Source: Chrysemys picta bellii
Taxonomy: Eukaryota
Direction of reading: 5' to 3'
Assembly (NCBI RefSeq): GCF_011386835.1
Contig: NC_088805.1
Location: forward strand, 29,078,001-29,142,000
DNA length: 64,000 bases
The notes under the pieces were generated by a model that was not told the origin of the DNA, did no database searches, and saw nothing but the letters and a program-made list of their open reading frames with translations. Position numbers and translations under genes: made by a program. Below are positions 62,521 to 64,000 of the stretch, piece after piece. Numbering within the stretch: position 1 is the stretch's first letter; each line of letters begins with the position of its first letter.

Positions 62521-63859
62521 GCACCGCAGAGCAAACTCCTCATTACACGCTGTTCTGAAAAGCCAGCCCCTCCATTGCACAACCCAGGTCCTAGGTGTCC
62601 TTCCCCTTTCTGCTTTGCTCCATTGGTCGTTGGCCCTTTCTGGCGGGCTAAGGGCACAACCAGCTCCATGAAGCCACCCCGTCCCCTTTGTTCAAAATTA
62701 ATTCGTAAGCCTAATCTTTGTCGTCCAGCTGGACACGTGCGAGGGCATGCTCAGTCCCAGAGCAGGGGCTATTCAAGGGGAACAGCGGTTTAGCCAGCTG
62801 CAAAATCTCTTCATTACGTTTGTGGACGATCTGCTTGGTCCCTTGAAATCTCTCTCTCACTGAATAGCTTTGCACCGGCCCCCCATCAATCCAGAGTAGT
62901 TCTGAGTTATTGGTTGGGTAATTAAAGGACCACACCGCTCTGGGATCCATTCCACTCCAGGAGAAGGCGTTCCACAGAGCACAGTAGAAAGCGCTGCAAC
63001 AAAACTGTGTGTGTGATATCACCTGCCACCCAGCTCTAACTCAAACAGTGGTTATAGCTTAATTATAAGTGCGGGCAGGGCTGGCTCCCTGGTAGGGAAT
63101 TTTAGCAAGACACCCCCCTCCCATGCACTAAAACAAACAATAAACCCACCCTCACCCAGTGCTTGCCCTACCACTGGTTGGGCTGCACCGTCTTTGGGCA
63201 TTTTTATGATGTTAATTAAAGCGGTGCCTTAGCTGACATGATAAAAACAAACAGCATCGTGTCAGAATTTTGTCTAGACCCAGGCTCCCCACCTGTGCAG
63301 CTGAGCTGGGGATCAGGACCAGTGAGAATTTTTTTGCTAACATTCTCTGGTGTACAAAAAAAAAAAAAAAAAAAAACAACCAAAACCTTAGAACAGCCAT
63401 TCCTAAATTATGGTACTGAGACCAGCATAGGGAGAGTGCTTGCTGACGGGTGGAGAGCGGTCTGGTTACCTGGTGCAGGCTCCTCTCCTAGTTTCCAGCT
63501 AGTACATTGTATTATAAATAGCTAAAACAAATAATGTATTGCTTTTCTATATAAGCAATTGCAGTAGTTGCCACAGGATCATGAAACAATTGTGAATGGA
63601 AGAGTGGGTCTGTGTAGTGGCGAATAGGAGAACACTATAAGACCACTCTTGTTAAGATGGGAGGTCTACACTGAGAAATTTGAGAACCTTTGCCTGCACC
63701 TGATGCTTAGAGTGTGGGGTGAAGAGTACTTAACTGACATGCACACACAATGTAATGCCACCACAGGTGATCTATACCTAGCCTTATTTAAGTTGAGCCA
63801 CATTTCAGAAATGGCCCTTGAGCTACTTAGCTAATTAGGGTTGTTCTGTTCTGTGTGCA

Positions 63860-63983
63860 TAAAGTGACCAGATAGCAAGTGAGAGTTGTTTTTTTTTATT
63901 TACACAGGTGGGTATAGTTGCGTATGTAAGACAAAGCCCTTAATATCGGGAGGATCCTAATATCAGGCCATCTGGTCACCCTC
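63860..63983. mobile_element. Degenerate 124-bp hAT MITE (TAGGGTGACC family)
   Basis: TAAAGTGACCAGAT / ATCTGGTCACCCT, TSD TGTGTGCA / TGTGTACA. Confidence 0.75.
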
Positions 63984-64000
63984 TGTGTACATAATTCAGG

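Noticed and set aside
62711-63022. 103-aa minus-strand ORF upstream of ERP29
   Set aside because: No recognisable homology or convincing splice context. A BLASTP hit would be needed to keep it.

Overview
This is vertebrate genomic DNA, most likely from a turtle (inferred from a tortoise-type tRNA-derived SINE and the repeat families present). It holds four intact protein-coding genes. Two are tandem single-coding-exon ADAM metalloprotease-disintegrin genes on + (4674-6869 and 9659-11911). One is an 11-coding-exon TMEM116 on - (20103-48446, 366 aa, all junctions GT-AG and in phase). The last is a 3-exon ERP29 on - (57457-62349, 256 aa, ending KEEL). The ADAM pair sits where mammalian ADAM1A/ADAM1B (fertilin alpha) lie, next to the 3' end of TMEM116. 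The two copies are about 93% identical over signal peptide and prodomain, then diverge abruptly, which suggests a bounded gene-conversion tract. TMEM116 intron 5 contains a decayed Gmr1-like Ty3/gypsy retrotransposon (SCAN-like gag, PR-IN-RT-RH order) that hosts at least five younger insertions. One of these is a Penelope-like inverted repeat carrying a minimal hammerhead-ribozyme core. Long transposon-derived hairpins lie in the 3' UTRs of the first ADAM and of ERP29. ERP29 is co-oriented with TMEM116, unlike the head-to-head human arrangement as I recall it, and an unexplained CpG island lies between them. No database searches could be run. Family names come from recognition of motifs, and percent identities are hand estimates.
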